Shown piece after piece: positions 8,451-18,277 of a stretch of DNA of 64,000 nt. The position numbers and the translations under genes were made by a program. The stretch spans positions 1 through 64,000 of the forward strand of contig JBBRLI010000013.1 of the NCBI GenBank assembly GCA_038231455.1, read 5' to 3'. Below the pieces are notes generated by a model. It ran no database searches. It was not told the DNA's origin and saw only the letters and a list, made by a program, of their open reading frames with translations. The number at the start of each line of letters is the position of its first letter. Position 1 is the first letter of the stretch. The DNA comes from Vulcanimicrobiales bacterium (GTDB taxonomy: Bacteria > Vulcanimicrobiota > Vulcanimicrobiia > Vulcanimicrobiales > Vulcanimicrobiaceae).

Positions 8451-10448
8451 GTGAAGCGTTCGTCTCGCGTCCTTTTCGCCATTGCCGCAAGCGCGATGCT
8501 CGGCTCGCTGGTCGCTCCGGCTGGCGCGCAGTCAAAACCGCTGACCTTTGAGGACCTGCGGCGCGTCGTCGGTGTCGGATCGCCGCAGATATCGCCCGAC
8601 GGGAAGCGCGTCGTTTACGTGCGCTCGACGATCGATTGGAAAAACGACCGCAGCGATACGGAACTCGTTCTGGTGGACATCGCCTCGGGTGCTGCGCGTA
8701 CGATCACGCACGAGCGACCCACGGTGTTTGCGCCGCACTGGTCGCCCAGTGGCGATCGGCTCGCCTTCGAGAGTTCGTCCGAACGCGGCAAACCGGTCCA
8801 GGTCTATGTGATGCCGATGAGCGGCGGCGATGCGATCAAGGTGACGGATGCCAAGGCCGGTGTGCAAAGTTTCGCCTGGCGTCCCGACGGCGGCGCGATT
8901 GCGTATGTGACGAGCGACGAGGCGGTCAACAAGAAGCAAATCGACGAGCACAACGACGCGTTCGTTGTGACCGATGAAGATTTTCTCGTACGCGAGAAAG
9001 TGACGCCCTCGCACATCTGGCTCGCACCCGCAGCCGGCGGTCCGGCTAAACGCATCACGAGCGGAAGCTGGAGCATTCCGAGCGGCTTGTTCGCCGCCGG
9101 GATCGCGTGGACACCCGACGGCAGCGGTCTCCTCTACGCGCAACAGCCGGACGCCGTTGCCGCGCACTTTATTCGCGCGCAGCTCATGCTACACGACCTG
9201 GCGACGAACACCGATCGCGCGGTCGCAAGCGGACGCGTCGGCGGCGAACCCGTCATCTCGCACGACGGCAAATCGATCGCGCTCTCGATGCCGCGTCACG
9301 CATCCCCGTATCTTCAAAACGATCTGCACGTGCTCGCGCTTGGTGATGCAAAAGAAGCGGGCAATTCGCTTGCGCTCGATCGCAACGTTCACTGGTCGGC
9401 ATTCATGCCAGGTGACAAGACACTTGCCGTTGCGACCGCCGACGGTGTGCGCAACGTGCTGTGGATGCAGCCCGTTACCGGTGCCCCGAAAAAGGTCGAT
9501 CTTGGCGACATCGATTTTGCGCCCGGTGCGAGCGTCGCTGATGACGGCGGGATCGCGTTCATCGGTCAATCGACGAAGGCTCCGCCCGAACTCTATTATC
9601 TTGCGCCGGGCGCCAGCGCCCCGCGCAAATTGACGAGCGAAAACGTCTGGATCGCCGACTATTCCGTCGGAAAGACCGAGTCGATCGCGTGGGATGTCGC
9701 CGGTGGATTCCAAGCCGACGGCGTGCTGACGTATCCGCCCGGATTTACAGCGGGCAAGAAGTATCCGCTCGCCCTCGTCATTCACGGCGGACCCGTCTCG
9801 ACCTCGACGCAGAATTTTAGCGGTCAAGCGCAAGTGATGGCGGCGCGCGGAATGGTTGTTTTTCAGCCGAACTATCGCGGCTCCGATAATCTGGGTGATG
9901 CGTACCTCAATGCGATCGTCGGCCATGTGACGAGCGGCCCGGCTGCGGATAATCTTGCCGGCCTTGCCGCGGTCGAAAAACTCGGCTTCGTCGATGAGAA
10001 GAATATCGGTGTTTCGGGTTGGTCGGGTGGCGGTCTGCAGACCTCGTGGCTGATCGGTCACGCACACATGTGGAAGGCGGCCGTTTCGGGGGCTGCCGTG
10101 AATGACTGGATCGCCCAGTCGACGCTTGCCGATATCAACATGGATTTCGGCGCGGCATTCATTCCCGGTCCCGGCCCCTACACCGCTGAAGGCCGCAAAG
10201 CGTATCTTGCCGAGTCGCCCATCACGTACGCGCGCGACATTACGACCCCAACACTCATCCTCAGCGATACCGGCGATCAGCGCGTACCGATCGTGCAATC
10301 CTACGCGCTCTATCACGCGCTCAAAGACAATCACGTGCCCGTCCGCTTTACCGCGTTCCCACGCGCCGGTCACTTTCCCGGAGATCCCGTCGGTCGTGAG
10401 ATGGCGTATCGCGCGTGGGCCGACTGGTTCTCGGAGTACCTGAAGTGA
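8451..10448 (+). CDS. Secreted S9 family peptidase (acylaminoacyl/dipeptidyl peptidase)
   Basis: SD GGAGG before GTG, signal peptide, WSP/PDG propeller repeats, IHGGP, nucleophile GWSGGG, Asp in GDQRVP, His in AGHFP. Confidence 0.9.
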   Translation: MKRSSRVLFAIAASAMLGSLVAPAGAQSKPLTFEDLRRVVGVGSPQISPDGKRVVYVRSTIDWKNDRSDTELVLVDIASGAARTITHERPTVFAPHWSPSGDRLAFESSSERGKPVQVYVMPMSGGDAIKVTDAKAGVQSFAWRPDGGAIAYVTSDEAVNKKQIDEHNDAFVVTDEDFLVREKVTPSHIWLAPAAGGPAKRITSGSWSIPSGLFAAGIAWTPDGSGLLYAQQPDAVAAHFIRAQLMLHDLATNTDRAVASGRVGGEPVISHDGKSIALSMPRHASPYLQNDLHVLALGDAKEAGNSLALDRNVHWSAFMPGDKTLAVATADGVRNVLWMQPVTGAPKKVDLGDIDFAPGASVADDGGIAFIGQSTKAPPELYYLAPGASAPRKLTSENVWIADYSVGKTESIAWDVAGGFQADGVLTYPPGFTAGKKYPLALVIHGGPVSTSTQNFSGQAQVMAARGMVVFQPNYRGSDNLGDAYLNAIVGHVTSGPAADNLAGLAAVEKLGFVDEKNIGVSGWSGGGLQTSWLIGHAHMWKAAVSGAAVNDWIAQSTLADINMDFGAAFIPGPGPYTAEGRKAYLAESPITYARDITTPTLILSDTGDQRVPIVQSYALYHALKDNHVPVRFTAFPRAGHFPGDPVGREMAYRAWADWFSEYLK

Positions 10449-12412
10449 AGCGCCCCGCATTCGCACTTCTCGCTGCGCTCGTTGCGCTTCCCCTCGCGGC
10501 CCCGGCGGCCGCCCCAAAGCCGTTCGAACTGGAAGACTTCCGGAGCGCCGTCTCACTTTCGGCACCGCAGATCGCTCCCGATGGGAAACATGTCGTGCTC
10601 GTCGTGCGACGCGCGGATTTCAAGAAAGACACCTACGCAAACGAGCTCGTGCTCGTCGATACGCGCACCCGCGCCGAGCGCGTGCTCACGCGGGGCCGCG
10701 ATGACGTCGGCGAACCGCGGTGGTCTCCGAGCGGCGACCGGCTTGCATTTACCGCCTCCGATGGGGACCACAAAATCGCGCAGCTCTTCGTGATGCCGAT
10801 GGATGGAGGCGATGCTCTGCGCGTGACCGAGACCAAAGAAGGCGTCGGCACGTATAGGTGGCGACCCGACGGTCGTGCGTTTGCCTTCACGATGCGCGAC
10901 CCCGCGCCCGATAAAAAAGAAATTGACGCGCACCAAGACGCTTTCGACGTCGGCGACGACCACTGGGCGACGAAAGCGGCACCGCTGCCCGCGCATGTGT
11001 GGACGGTCGATGCGGACGGTAAGCACGCCAAACGCATTACGAGCGGCACGTTCAGCGTTGGAGAACTCGGCGATTTCACGCGGGATGGGAAACGGTTAGT
11101 CTACACGCAGCGCGCCGATTCGCATTTCGGGCACTATCGCGACACGCGGATTGGTGTGCTCGATCTTGCGAGCGGACGCACGACGCTGATAGCGCCCGTA
11201 GCGGTGCATGCGGCATCGCCCAACATCTCTCCCGACGGTACGAAACTTGCCTACGGCATCGAAGATCCCAAATCGTTCTCGCAGACCGATCTTGCCATTG
11301 CGAATCTCGACGGCTCGGGGTCGCGCATTGCAAGTGCAAAACTCGATCGGAATCTGCAGTCCGCGGTCTGGCGGGCCGATGGTCGCGCCGTCTACATTGG
11401 CGCCAACGACCGCACGCGCGCAGCACTCTTTGTCCAACCAATCGACGGCGCAGCGCAGCGCGTTCATCTCGGCGTGGTGAATCTCTCCGGTGAGGTGTCG
11501 ATCGCTCGCGACGGCGCGATGGCCTTTATTGGAACGACGCCGGCACGCGCAAGCGAACTCTATCTCAAACGAGCGCTCGCGGCCGCGCCCGAGCGGCTCA
11601 CCGGGTACAACGACGCACTCGCAATCCACGCGATTGGGATATCGAAGACGATCGAATGGACGAGCGCCGACCACTATCACCTCGACGGTGTCCTGACGTA
11701 TCCCATCGGCTTCACGCCCGGGAAAACGTATCCGCTCGTGCTCGATATTCACGGCGGTCCGACCGCAACATCGACCGATTCGTTCAGCGCGTTACCGCAG
11801 CTCTTTGCATCGCACGGCTATCTCGTTTTTCAACCGAACTACCGCGGCAGCGACAATCTCGGCGGCGCGTTCGCACAGGCAACGGTTCCGCATATTACGA
11901 GCGCCCCGGCACAAGATTGCATGGATGGTCTCGCGGCGGTCGAGAAACTCGGTATCGTCGACACCAAGCGCATCGGTGTCTCCGGCTGGAGCGAAGGCGG
12001 TCTGATGACATCGTGGCTGATCGGCCACTGGCACGTGTGGAAAGCCGCCGTGTCCGGCGCCGCGGTGAACGACTGGGTCGCGTACTCCGCGCTTACCGAT
12101 GCAAGCGAATTCACGCCCAACTTTATCGGCGGCTCGCCGTGGACGAGCGATGCGCAAATGAAGCTCTTCGAGGCCGAATCGCCGCTCACGTACGCGGGCG
12201 CGGTGACCACACCGACGCTCATTCTCAGCGACACCGGCGATCAGCGCGTACCAACCCCGCTCTCGTACGCGTTCTATCACGCGCTGCTCACCAAAGGCAC
12301 GGAAGTGCAGTTCGTGGCCTTCCCGACGGCCGGTCACTTTCCGAGCGATCCCGTCAAACGTGAAGACGTCAATCGCCGCTGGTTTGCTTGGCTCGATTCA
12401 CATTTGCGTTAG
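10445..12412 (+). CDS. Second secreted S9 family peptidase (tandem paralogue)
   Basis: GTG overlaps the upstream TGA; signal peptide, IHGGP, GWSEGG, GDQRVP, AGHFP. Confidence 0.9.
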   Translation: MKRPAFALLAALVALPLAAPAAAPKPFELEDFRSAVSLSAPQIAPDGKHVVLVVRRADFKKDTYANELVLVDTRTRAERVLTRGRDDVGEPRWSPSGDRLAFTASDGDHKIAQLFVMPMDGGDALRVTETKEGVGTYRWRPDGRAFAFTMRDPAPDKKEIDAHQDAFDVGDDHWATKAAPLPAHVWTVDADGKHAKRITSGTFSVGELGDFTRDGKRLVYTQRADSHFGHYRDTRIGVLDLASGRTTLIAPVAVHAASPNISPDGTKLAYGIEDPKSFSQTDLAIANLDGSGSRIASAKLDRNLQSAVWRADGRAVYIGANDRTRAALFVQPIDGAAQRVHLGVVNLSGEVSIARDGAMAFIGTTPARASELYLKRALAAAPERLTGYNDALAIHAIGISKTIEWTSADHYHLDGVLTYPIGFTPGKTYPLVLDIHGGPTATSTDSFSALPQLFASHGYLVFQPNYRGSDNLGGAFAQATVPHITSAPAQDCMDGLAAVEKLGIVDTKRIGVSGWSEGGLMTSWLIGHWHVWKAAVSGAAVNDWVAYSALTDASEFTPNFIGGSPWTSDAQMKLFEAESPLTYAGAVTTPTLILSDTGDQRVPTPLSYAFYHALLTKGTEVQFVAFPTAGHFPSDPVKREDVNRRWFAWLDSHLR

Positions 12413-14088
12413 CGGCGACGTGCGCGCTCGTTTTCGCTCTTAGCGTCACGAGCGCGCGATCGCAAAGTCCCGAGTCCGTCTCATCGAGCGGCATGGTTGT
12501 GACCGAGGAACACTACGCAACGGAGATTGGCGCGCGAGTGCTCGCGCGCGGCGGGAACGCCGTCGACGCCGCCGTTGCGGTCGGTTACGCACTAGCGGTC
12601 GTCGATCCGTGCTGTGGAAATATCGGCGGCGGCGGCTTCATGCTGCTCCGTCTTGCCGACGGGCGCGAACGCTTCATCGATTTTCGCGAACGCGCACCGC
12701 TGGCGGCAACGCGGGATATGTTTCTCGATCCCCGCGGCAACGTGCGTCCGGGTGCGAGCACGCGCGGGTATCTTGCCGTTGGCGTTCCGGGGACCGTCAA
12801 AGGCCTCGAGTATGCCCGCTCGGCATACGGAACGCGCGCCCGCCGCGAACTGATGCAGCCCTCGATCGATCTTGCACGTGACGGGTTCACCTTGCGCGCC
12901 GGCGATGTCGAGATCTTCGCAAGCGGCACGGACGATCTAGCGCCCGATCCCATCGCATCGAAACTGTTCTTGGTCGGCGGGCACGCGCACAAGGTCGGCG
13001 ACGTCCTTCGTCAACCGGAGCTCGCAAACACACTCGACCGTATTGCGCGTGACGGCGAGGACGGATTTTACCGCGGTCCGATCGCCCGCGCAATCGTGAA
13101 CGCAAGCGCCGCGAACGGCGGAATCTTGACCATCGCGGACTTCGCCGCGTATACGGCCGAAGAACGCATACCACAGCACTGCCGCTATCGCGGCTACGAT
13201 CTGCTCGTCGCTCCGCCGCCGAGTTCGGGCGGAACGACGCTCTGCGAAATCGCGGGGATTCTCGACGGCTTTCCGGCGCAAGCCGGTGCCTACCGAAGTG
13301 CGCGCGGCATCGCGCGCATCGTCGAGGCGGAACGTCGCGCCTATGCTGACCGCAATACGTATCTTGGCGATCCAGGATTCGTGCGCAACCCGATCGCGCA
13401 GTTGCTCGCACCGCGCTATCTTGCGCGGCTTCGCGCGCAAATCGGTTCGCACGCGACGCCCTCGAGCAGCGTTCATCCGGGTCTTAGCGCGATTCGCGAA
13501 CACGATCACACGACGCACTATTCGATCGTCGACCGCGCGGGCAATGCGGTCGCCGTAACGTACACGATCAACGACGAGTTCGGTGCGGGCGTCGCGGCGC
13601 CAGAGACCGGGTTTCTGCTCAACAACGAGATGGACGATTTTACGGCCAAGCCAGGCGTTCCCAATCTCTACGGACTGGTACAAGGGTCGGCAAACGAGAT
13701 TGCGCCGGGCAAACGTCCTTTGAGTTCGATGGCGCCGACCATCGTGACAAAAGACGGCAAACTCCGCATCGTCGCCGGAAGCCCCGGCGGTTCGCGGATC
13801 ATCACGATCACGCTCGGCGTGCTGCAGCACATCATCGACGATGGCTTCTCGGCGCAAGCGGCTGTCGATGCCCCGCGTATTCACCATCAGTGGCTGCCGG
13901 ATACAATCTACGCCGAACGCGGCGCGCTGACGAAGACAACGCGCCTCGAACTTCTACGACGCGGCTACCGCGTGAGGGATAATGCGGCGCCTTGGGGTGC
14001 TGCCGAGGCAATCTTCATCGACCCAAGCGGTATTCTCCATGGCGGAAGCGACCGTCGCCGTCCGGCGGGCTCGGCGGTCGGCCCGTAG
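12388..14088 (+). CDS. ggt: Gamma-glutamyltransferase
   Basis: GGNAVDAAVA, IDFRERAP, catalytic TTHYSIVD, LNNEMDDF, PLSSMAPT, GSPGGSRI; signal peptide. Confidence 0.95.
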   Translation: MARFTFALAATCALVFALSVTSARSQSPESVSSSGMVVTEEHYATEIGARVLARGGNAVDAAVAVGYALAVVDPCCGNIGGGGFMLLRLADGRERFIDFRERAPLAATRDMFLDPRGNVRPGASTRGYLAVGVPGTVKGLEYARSAYGTRARRELMQPSIDLARDGFTLRAGDVEIFASGTDDLAPDPIASKLFLVGGHAHKVGDVLRQPELANTLDRIARDGEDGFYRGPIARAIVNASAANGGILTIADFAAYTAEERIPQHCRYRGYDLLVAPPPSSGGTTLCEIAGILDGFPAQAGAYRSARGIARIVEAERRAYADRNTYLGDPGFVRNPIAQLLAPRYLARLRAQIGSHATPSSSVHPGLSAIREHDHTTHYSIVDRAGNAVAVTYTINDEFGAGVAAPETGFLLNNEMDDFTAKPGVPNLYGLVQGSANEIAPGKRPLSSMAPTIVTKDGKLRIVAGSPGGSRIITITLGVLQHIIDDGFSAQAAVDAPRIHHQWLPDTIYAERGALTKTTRLELLRRGYRVRDNAAPWGAAEAIFIDPSGILHGGSDRRRPAGSAVGP

Positions 14089-14186
14089 CCCAAGTGGTGA
14101 AACAATCAAGGCGTAGCTTTCGTACTAGGAGTGTACTCCTTGGTCCGAGTGCACGGGGCGGCGGCGCGTTTTAAGAACGCGGCGCC

Positions 14187-15773
14187 TCACCGTTTGGTAC
14201 CGTAGCCTCCGCCGCCCGGCGTTTGCACGATGACTTCGTCCCCCGGCTCGAGCGCGATCGTTGTCTTTCCGGGCAACTTGATCGCCGTACCGTTTCGAAT
14301 CAAGGTGTGCGATCCGGTTGTGCCGTTCGCACCGCCGCGAAGTCCCTGCGGTGCGATCGTTTGTCGATCGGCAAGTAGTGAGATCGTGCCGGGTCCGGAG
14401 AGAAACTGGAACGAGCGGATAAGGCCGTTGCCGCCGCGGAATTCGCCTTCGCCGCCGGTATCCTCAGCAAATTCGTAGCGTGTGATGCGGATCGGATAGA
14501 GCCGTTCGAGCGCTTCGATCGGCGTGTTGAGCGTGTTGGTCATGTGACACTGAATGCCGTCGAGACCATCGGCACTCGGTCGTGCGCCCATCCCGCATCC
14601 GTTGGTTTCGTACGACGACCACGCGCTGCCGTCGGGGAGCACGCCACCGATAATGACGTTGGACATCGTCCCGCCGCTCGCTGCAGGGACGCGCTCCGGT
14701 GCGGCATTCGCAAGCGCACGAAGCACGAGATCCGCGTTGCGCGTCGATGTTTCGACGTTGCCGCCGGCGACGGGAGCTGGCCGGCGCGGATTGAGCAGCG
14801 TGCCCTCGGGCACGTGAACGTCGATCGCGCGGAAGCAGCCGTCGTTCATCGGAATCGTTGGGTCGGTCAGCGCGCGAATCACGTAATACACGCCCGAGAG
14901 CGTGACGCCGTAGACCGCGTTGATCGGGAAGGCCACCTGTTCGCACGTGCCCGTATAGTCGAGCACGATGCGGCCGTCCGCGATCTTGATCCGCACCTCG
15001 AGAACGATCGAGGGGACGCCGCCGCGATCTTCCATGAAATCGATCGCGTGATAGTCGCCCGGGATGAGTCTTGCGACTTCGATCGCAAGGCGCCGTTCGC
15101 TCTCATCGAGAATCCGCTCGATCGCAGCGTTGAAGGTCGCAAGACCGTACGTCGTAACGAGTGTTTGCACGCGCCGCTCGCCCGTGATGTTTCCGGCGAT
15201 CTGTGCTTTGAGGTCGCCCGAGCGCGCGTGTGGCGTGCGCGAATTGGCGCGGATGAGTTCGACGATTTCGATGCAGACGTCGTTATCGCGCATCAACCGG
15301 ACCGGAGCGATGATAAAGCCCTCGACGCAGAGTTCGACGGCATCGGCGGACATCGACCCCGGCACGCTGCCGCCAACATCGGTGTGGTGTGCTTTATTCG
15401 CCGCGTAGCCGATCAGAATCGGCTCGAACGATGCATCGTAGATTGGCCGGATCACCGTCACGTCGTTCAAGTGCGTTCCGCTGATGTACGGATCGTTGAC
15501 GACCCACATGTCGCCCGGGGTCATCGTGAGATCGCGCTTAGCGAGCCACGCAAGCGTCGTGCGCAATCCCCACGGCAGCGACCCCAAATGCACCGGGATA
15601 TGCTCGGCCTGCGCGATGAGTCGCCCGCGCGCATCGAAAAGCGCACACGAATGATCGAGCCGCTCTTTGATGTTCGGCGAATACGCCGCGTTGCGCACGG
15701 CGATACCCATCTCTTCGCTTGCGTAGATCAGCGAGTTTTTGATGACTTCGGAGGTGATTGGATCGACGTTCAT
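14187..15773 (-). CDS. Hydantoinase B / 5-oxoprolinase subunit B family
   Basis: SPNIKERLDHSCALFD, HIPVHLGS, NDPYISGTHLND, HHTDVGG, TPGGGGYG. Confidence 0.9.
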   Translation of the reverse strand: MNVDPITSEVIKNSLIYASEEMGIAVRNAAYSPNIKERLDHSCALFDARGRLIAQAEHIPVHLGSLPWGLRTTLAWLAKRDLTMTPGDMWVVNDPYISGTHLNDVTVIRPIYDASFEPILIGYAANKAHHTDVGGSVPGSMSADAVELCVEGFIIAPVRLMRDNDVCIEIVELIRANSRTPHARSGDLKAQIAGNITGERRVQTLVTTYGLATFNAAIERILDESERRLAIEVARLIPGDYHAIDFMEDRGGVPSIVLEVRIKIADGRIVLDYTGTCEQVAFPINAVYGVTLSGVYYVIRALTDPTIPMNDGCFRAIDVHVPEGTLLNPRRPAPVAGGNVETSTRNADLVLRALANAAPERVPAASGGTMSNVIIGGVLPDGSAWSSYETNGCGMGARPSADGLDGIQCHMTNTLNTPIEALERLYPIRITRYEFAEDTGGEGEFRGGNGLIRSFQFLSGPGTISLLADRQTIAPQGLRGGANGTTGSHTLIRNGTAIKLPGKTTIALEPGDEVIVQTPGGGGYGTKR

Positions 15774-17905
15774 GTGTTTGCTGTTTCCTCGCGAACGGAC
15801 TCGGGGATGCGATCGATGCGCAGATTGCCGCCGCCGTCGGTCTGCGCGCTCCACCCCGTCGGCACGAGCGTCGCTGAGTCATACTGCTCGATCACAGCCG
15901 GCCCGATTATGCGATCGCCGAGCTGCAACCGAGCGCGGTCGAAGACCGGCGTCGATTGGCGGCCGACGGAGAAGAAGACGTCACGCACTTCGAGGAGCGC
16001 TGCGGAGACGGGTTCTCGATCGGCCGGGCGTTCGGCAGTTGCAATGGCGGGTTTGGGGACGCGGCCGATCGCGCGTAAACGCACGTTGACGATTTCAACG
16101 GCGTCCTCGCGCGATGCATATCCGTACGTTCGCTCGTGCCGCACGTGAAACGCCTCGACCGCCGCTGCGAGGGCGTCAGCATCGAGCGCGGCGGCTGCGG
16201 GAACGGCGAGTTCGTAGCCTTGTCCGATGTAGCGCAATTCGAATTCGCGGGCGAATGCCATGTCGCTCGGCGCGACGTTTTGCGCGGCCAGATCGTGGGT
16301 TCCACGTGTTTGCAGTGTGTCGAAGGCCGCCTCGAGTGCGGCCGGATCGATGCGCGCCGCATCGACCACGAGCGACTGCACGAACGTCGCCTGCACGTCG
16401 GCAGCGAGCAGGCCGAACGCGGAGAAGAGTCCCGGATCCGGCGGGACGATGACATGCGTAACCTCGAGCGCATCGGCAAGCGCGCAGGCGTGCAGCGGTC
16501 CACCGCCGCCGAACGCCATCATCGTAAAGGTTCGTGGATCGTGACCGCGTTCGATCGAGACGATGCGCAGAATTTTCGCCATCGCATCATCGACGAGCTG
16601 AACGATCCCGGCCGCCGCGCCGTCGCGATCGAGCCCCGGCAATGCCGGCAAGAGCGTGTCGATCGCGCGGCGCGAACGCTCCGCATCGATCGGCATCGCG
16701 CCACCGAGCAGGGCGCGCGGATTCAATCGACCGAGCACGATATTCGCATCGGTCACGGTCGGCGCAGCGCCTTTACCGTACGCGGCGGGTCCGGGATCGG
16801 CACCTGCGGAGAGCGGCCCGACGCGTAGCGCACCGCCCGCGTCGATCCACGCGATCGTCCCGCCGCCCGCGCTCACTTCCGCAAGATCGACGAATGGAAA
16901 ACGCACGGGATATCCGGAACCCTTGACGGCGCGTCCGCTGTGCGTGCGTCCGGCGGCTTCGAACTCACCGACAACGGCCGGTTCGCCCGCGAACACGGTA
17001 CCGGCTTTTGCCGTCGTACCGCCCATATCGAAACTCAAGACATCGCGTACGCCGAGCGCCTTGCCGAGAAACGCCGCACCGATCACGCCGGCTGCGGGTC
17101 CGCTCTCGACGATCGTTGCCGGACGCTGCGCGGCGAGTTCGACCGTTGCCATTCCGCCGCTGGACTGCATCACGTAGAGCGGCGCGCGCACGCCAAGATC
17201 CGCAATCGCGGTTGCGAGTCGCTGGAGGTAGGTTTTCACGAGCGGTATGAGCGCGGCGTTGACGACCGTCGTACTGGTGCGTTCGTATTCACGGTACTCG
17301 GGATCGAGTTCGCTAGAAAGTGTCACATCGAGACCCGGAAAACGCTCCGTGAGCGCCGCACCGACGCGGCGTTCGTGATCGCCGTTGGCATACGCGTGAA
17401 GAAACGAAACCGCAACCGAGGTTGTCGCGCTCGCCGCAACGGCATCGAGCGCGCGTGCGACCGATGCATCATCGAGCGGCGTGACGACGGAACCGTCAGC
17501 GGCAAGGCGTTCCACGATCCCAATCCGGTCGTTGCGATGAACCAGCGGTGTTGGCCGCTGCACGAAGAGGTTGTACACTTCGCTCCGGTTCTGCCGGCCG
17601 ATTTCGAGGACGTCCCGAAAGCCCGCTGTCGTGAGGAGCAGCACGCGCGGTAATTCCAAATTGAGTTGACCCAACAGGGCGTTCGTCGCAATCGTACTCG
17701 AATGCGAAAGAAGCGAGATCGTCGTTTGCGGGTGTTCGCGAAGAAACCGGCCGAGCGCCGCGATCACTCCGCCTTCGGGGCCAAGCGGCGTCGTCGGAAC
17801 TTTGATTTTGCTAAGAGCGCCCGTCGCCTCATCCAGTGCGAGCAAATCCGTAAACGTGCCGCCGACATCGATGCCGATGCGGACGCGAGCGCCAGTGCTA
17901 TTCAT
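15770..17905 (-). CDS. Hydantoinase A / 5-oxoprolinase subunit A family
   Basis: GIDVGGTFTD, ESGPAAG, DMGGTT, SAGADPGP, FGGGGPLHA. Confidence 0.9.
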   Translation of the reverse strand: MNSTGARVRIGIDVGGTFTDLLALDEATGALSKIKVPTTPLGPEGGVIAALGRFLREHPQTTISLLSHSSTIATNALLGQLNLELPRVLLLTTAGFRDVLEIGRQNRSEVYNLFVQRPTPLVHRNDRIGIVERLAADGSVVTPLDDASVARALDAVAASATTSVAVSFLHAYANGDHERRVGAALTERFPGLDVTLSSELDPEYREYERTSTTVVNAALIPLVKTYLQRLATAIADLGVRAPLYVMQSSGGMATVELAAQRPATIVESGPAAGVIGAAFLGKALGVRDVLSFDMGGTTAKAGTVFAGEPAVVGEFEAAGRTHSGRAVKGSGYPVRFPFVDLAEVSAGGGTIAWIDAGGALRVGPLSAGADPGPAAYGKGAAPTVTDANIVLGRLNPRALLGGAMPIDAERSRRAIDTLLPALPGLDRDGAAAGIVQLVDDAMAKILRIVSIERGHDPRTFTMMAFGGGGPLHACALADALEVTHVIVPPDPGLFSAFGLLAADVQATFVQSLVVDAARIDPAALEAAFDTLQTRGTHDLAAQNVAPSDMAFAREFELRYIGQGYELAVPAAAALDADALAAAVEAFHVRHERTYGYASREDAVEIVNVRLRAIGRVPKPAIATAERPADREPVSAALLEVRDVFFSVGRQSTPVFDRARLQLGDRIIGPAVIEQYDSATLVPTGWSAQTDGGGNLRIDRIPESVREETANT

Positions 17906-17980
17906 GCGGCGCCCTTCCGCATGCGGATGAGATCGCTTTCAAGGGCTCGTTACGAGAAATTGCGTAGCTAGACGAAGCGT

Positions 17981-18062
<82 letters not shown>

Positions 18063-18065
18063 TGC

Positions 18066-18094
18066 TTGACGACGGTTGTCGGGACCCGTATACT
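18066..18094 (+). promoter_or_regulatory. sigma70 promoter for tRNA-Gly/tig
   Basis: TTGACG-17 nt-TATACT. Confidence 0.75.
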
Positions 18095-18145
18095 TCCAGG
18101 GTTGCCGAGGCGGTCGTCCAATGCTGGTCGATTCCCGGCGTTTTT

Positions 18146-18220
18146 GCGGAAGTAGCTCAGTGGTAGAGCATCGCCTTGCCAAGGCGAGGGTCGCGAGTTC
18201 GAATCTCGTCTTCCGCTCCA
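18146..18220 (+). tRNA. tRNA-Gly (anticodon GCC), CCA encoded
   Basis: GCGGAAG/CTTCCGC stem, anticodon loop TTGCCAA, TTCGAAT, 3' TCCA. Confidence 0.95.
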
Positions 18221-18277
18221 GCGTATTTTAAGACGGCGGGCCCTGTGCCCGCCGCTTTCACATCTAGGAGTCCATCC

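Noticed and set aside
18176-18277. ORF-track N-terminal extensions of tig and of the TPR protein (6818-6871)
   Set aside because: They run through tRNA genes and terminators; downstream starts fit better.
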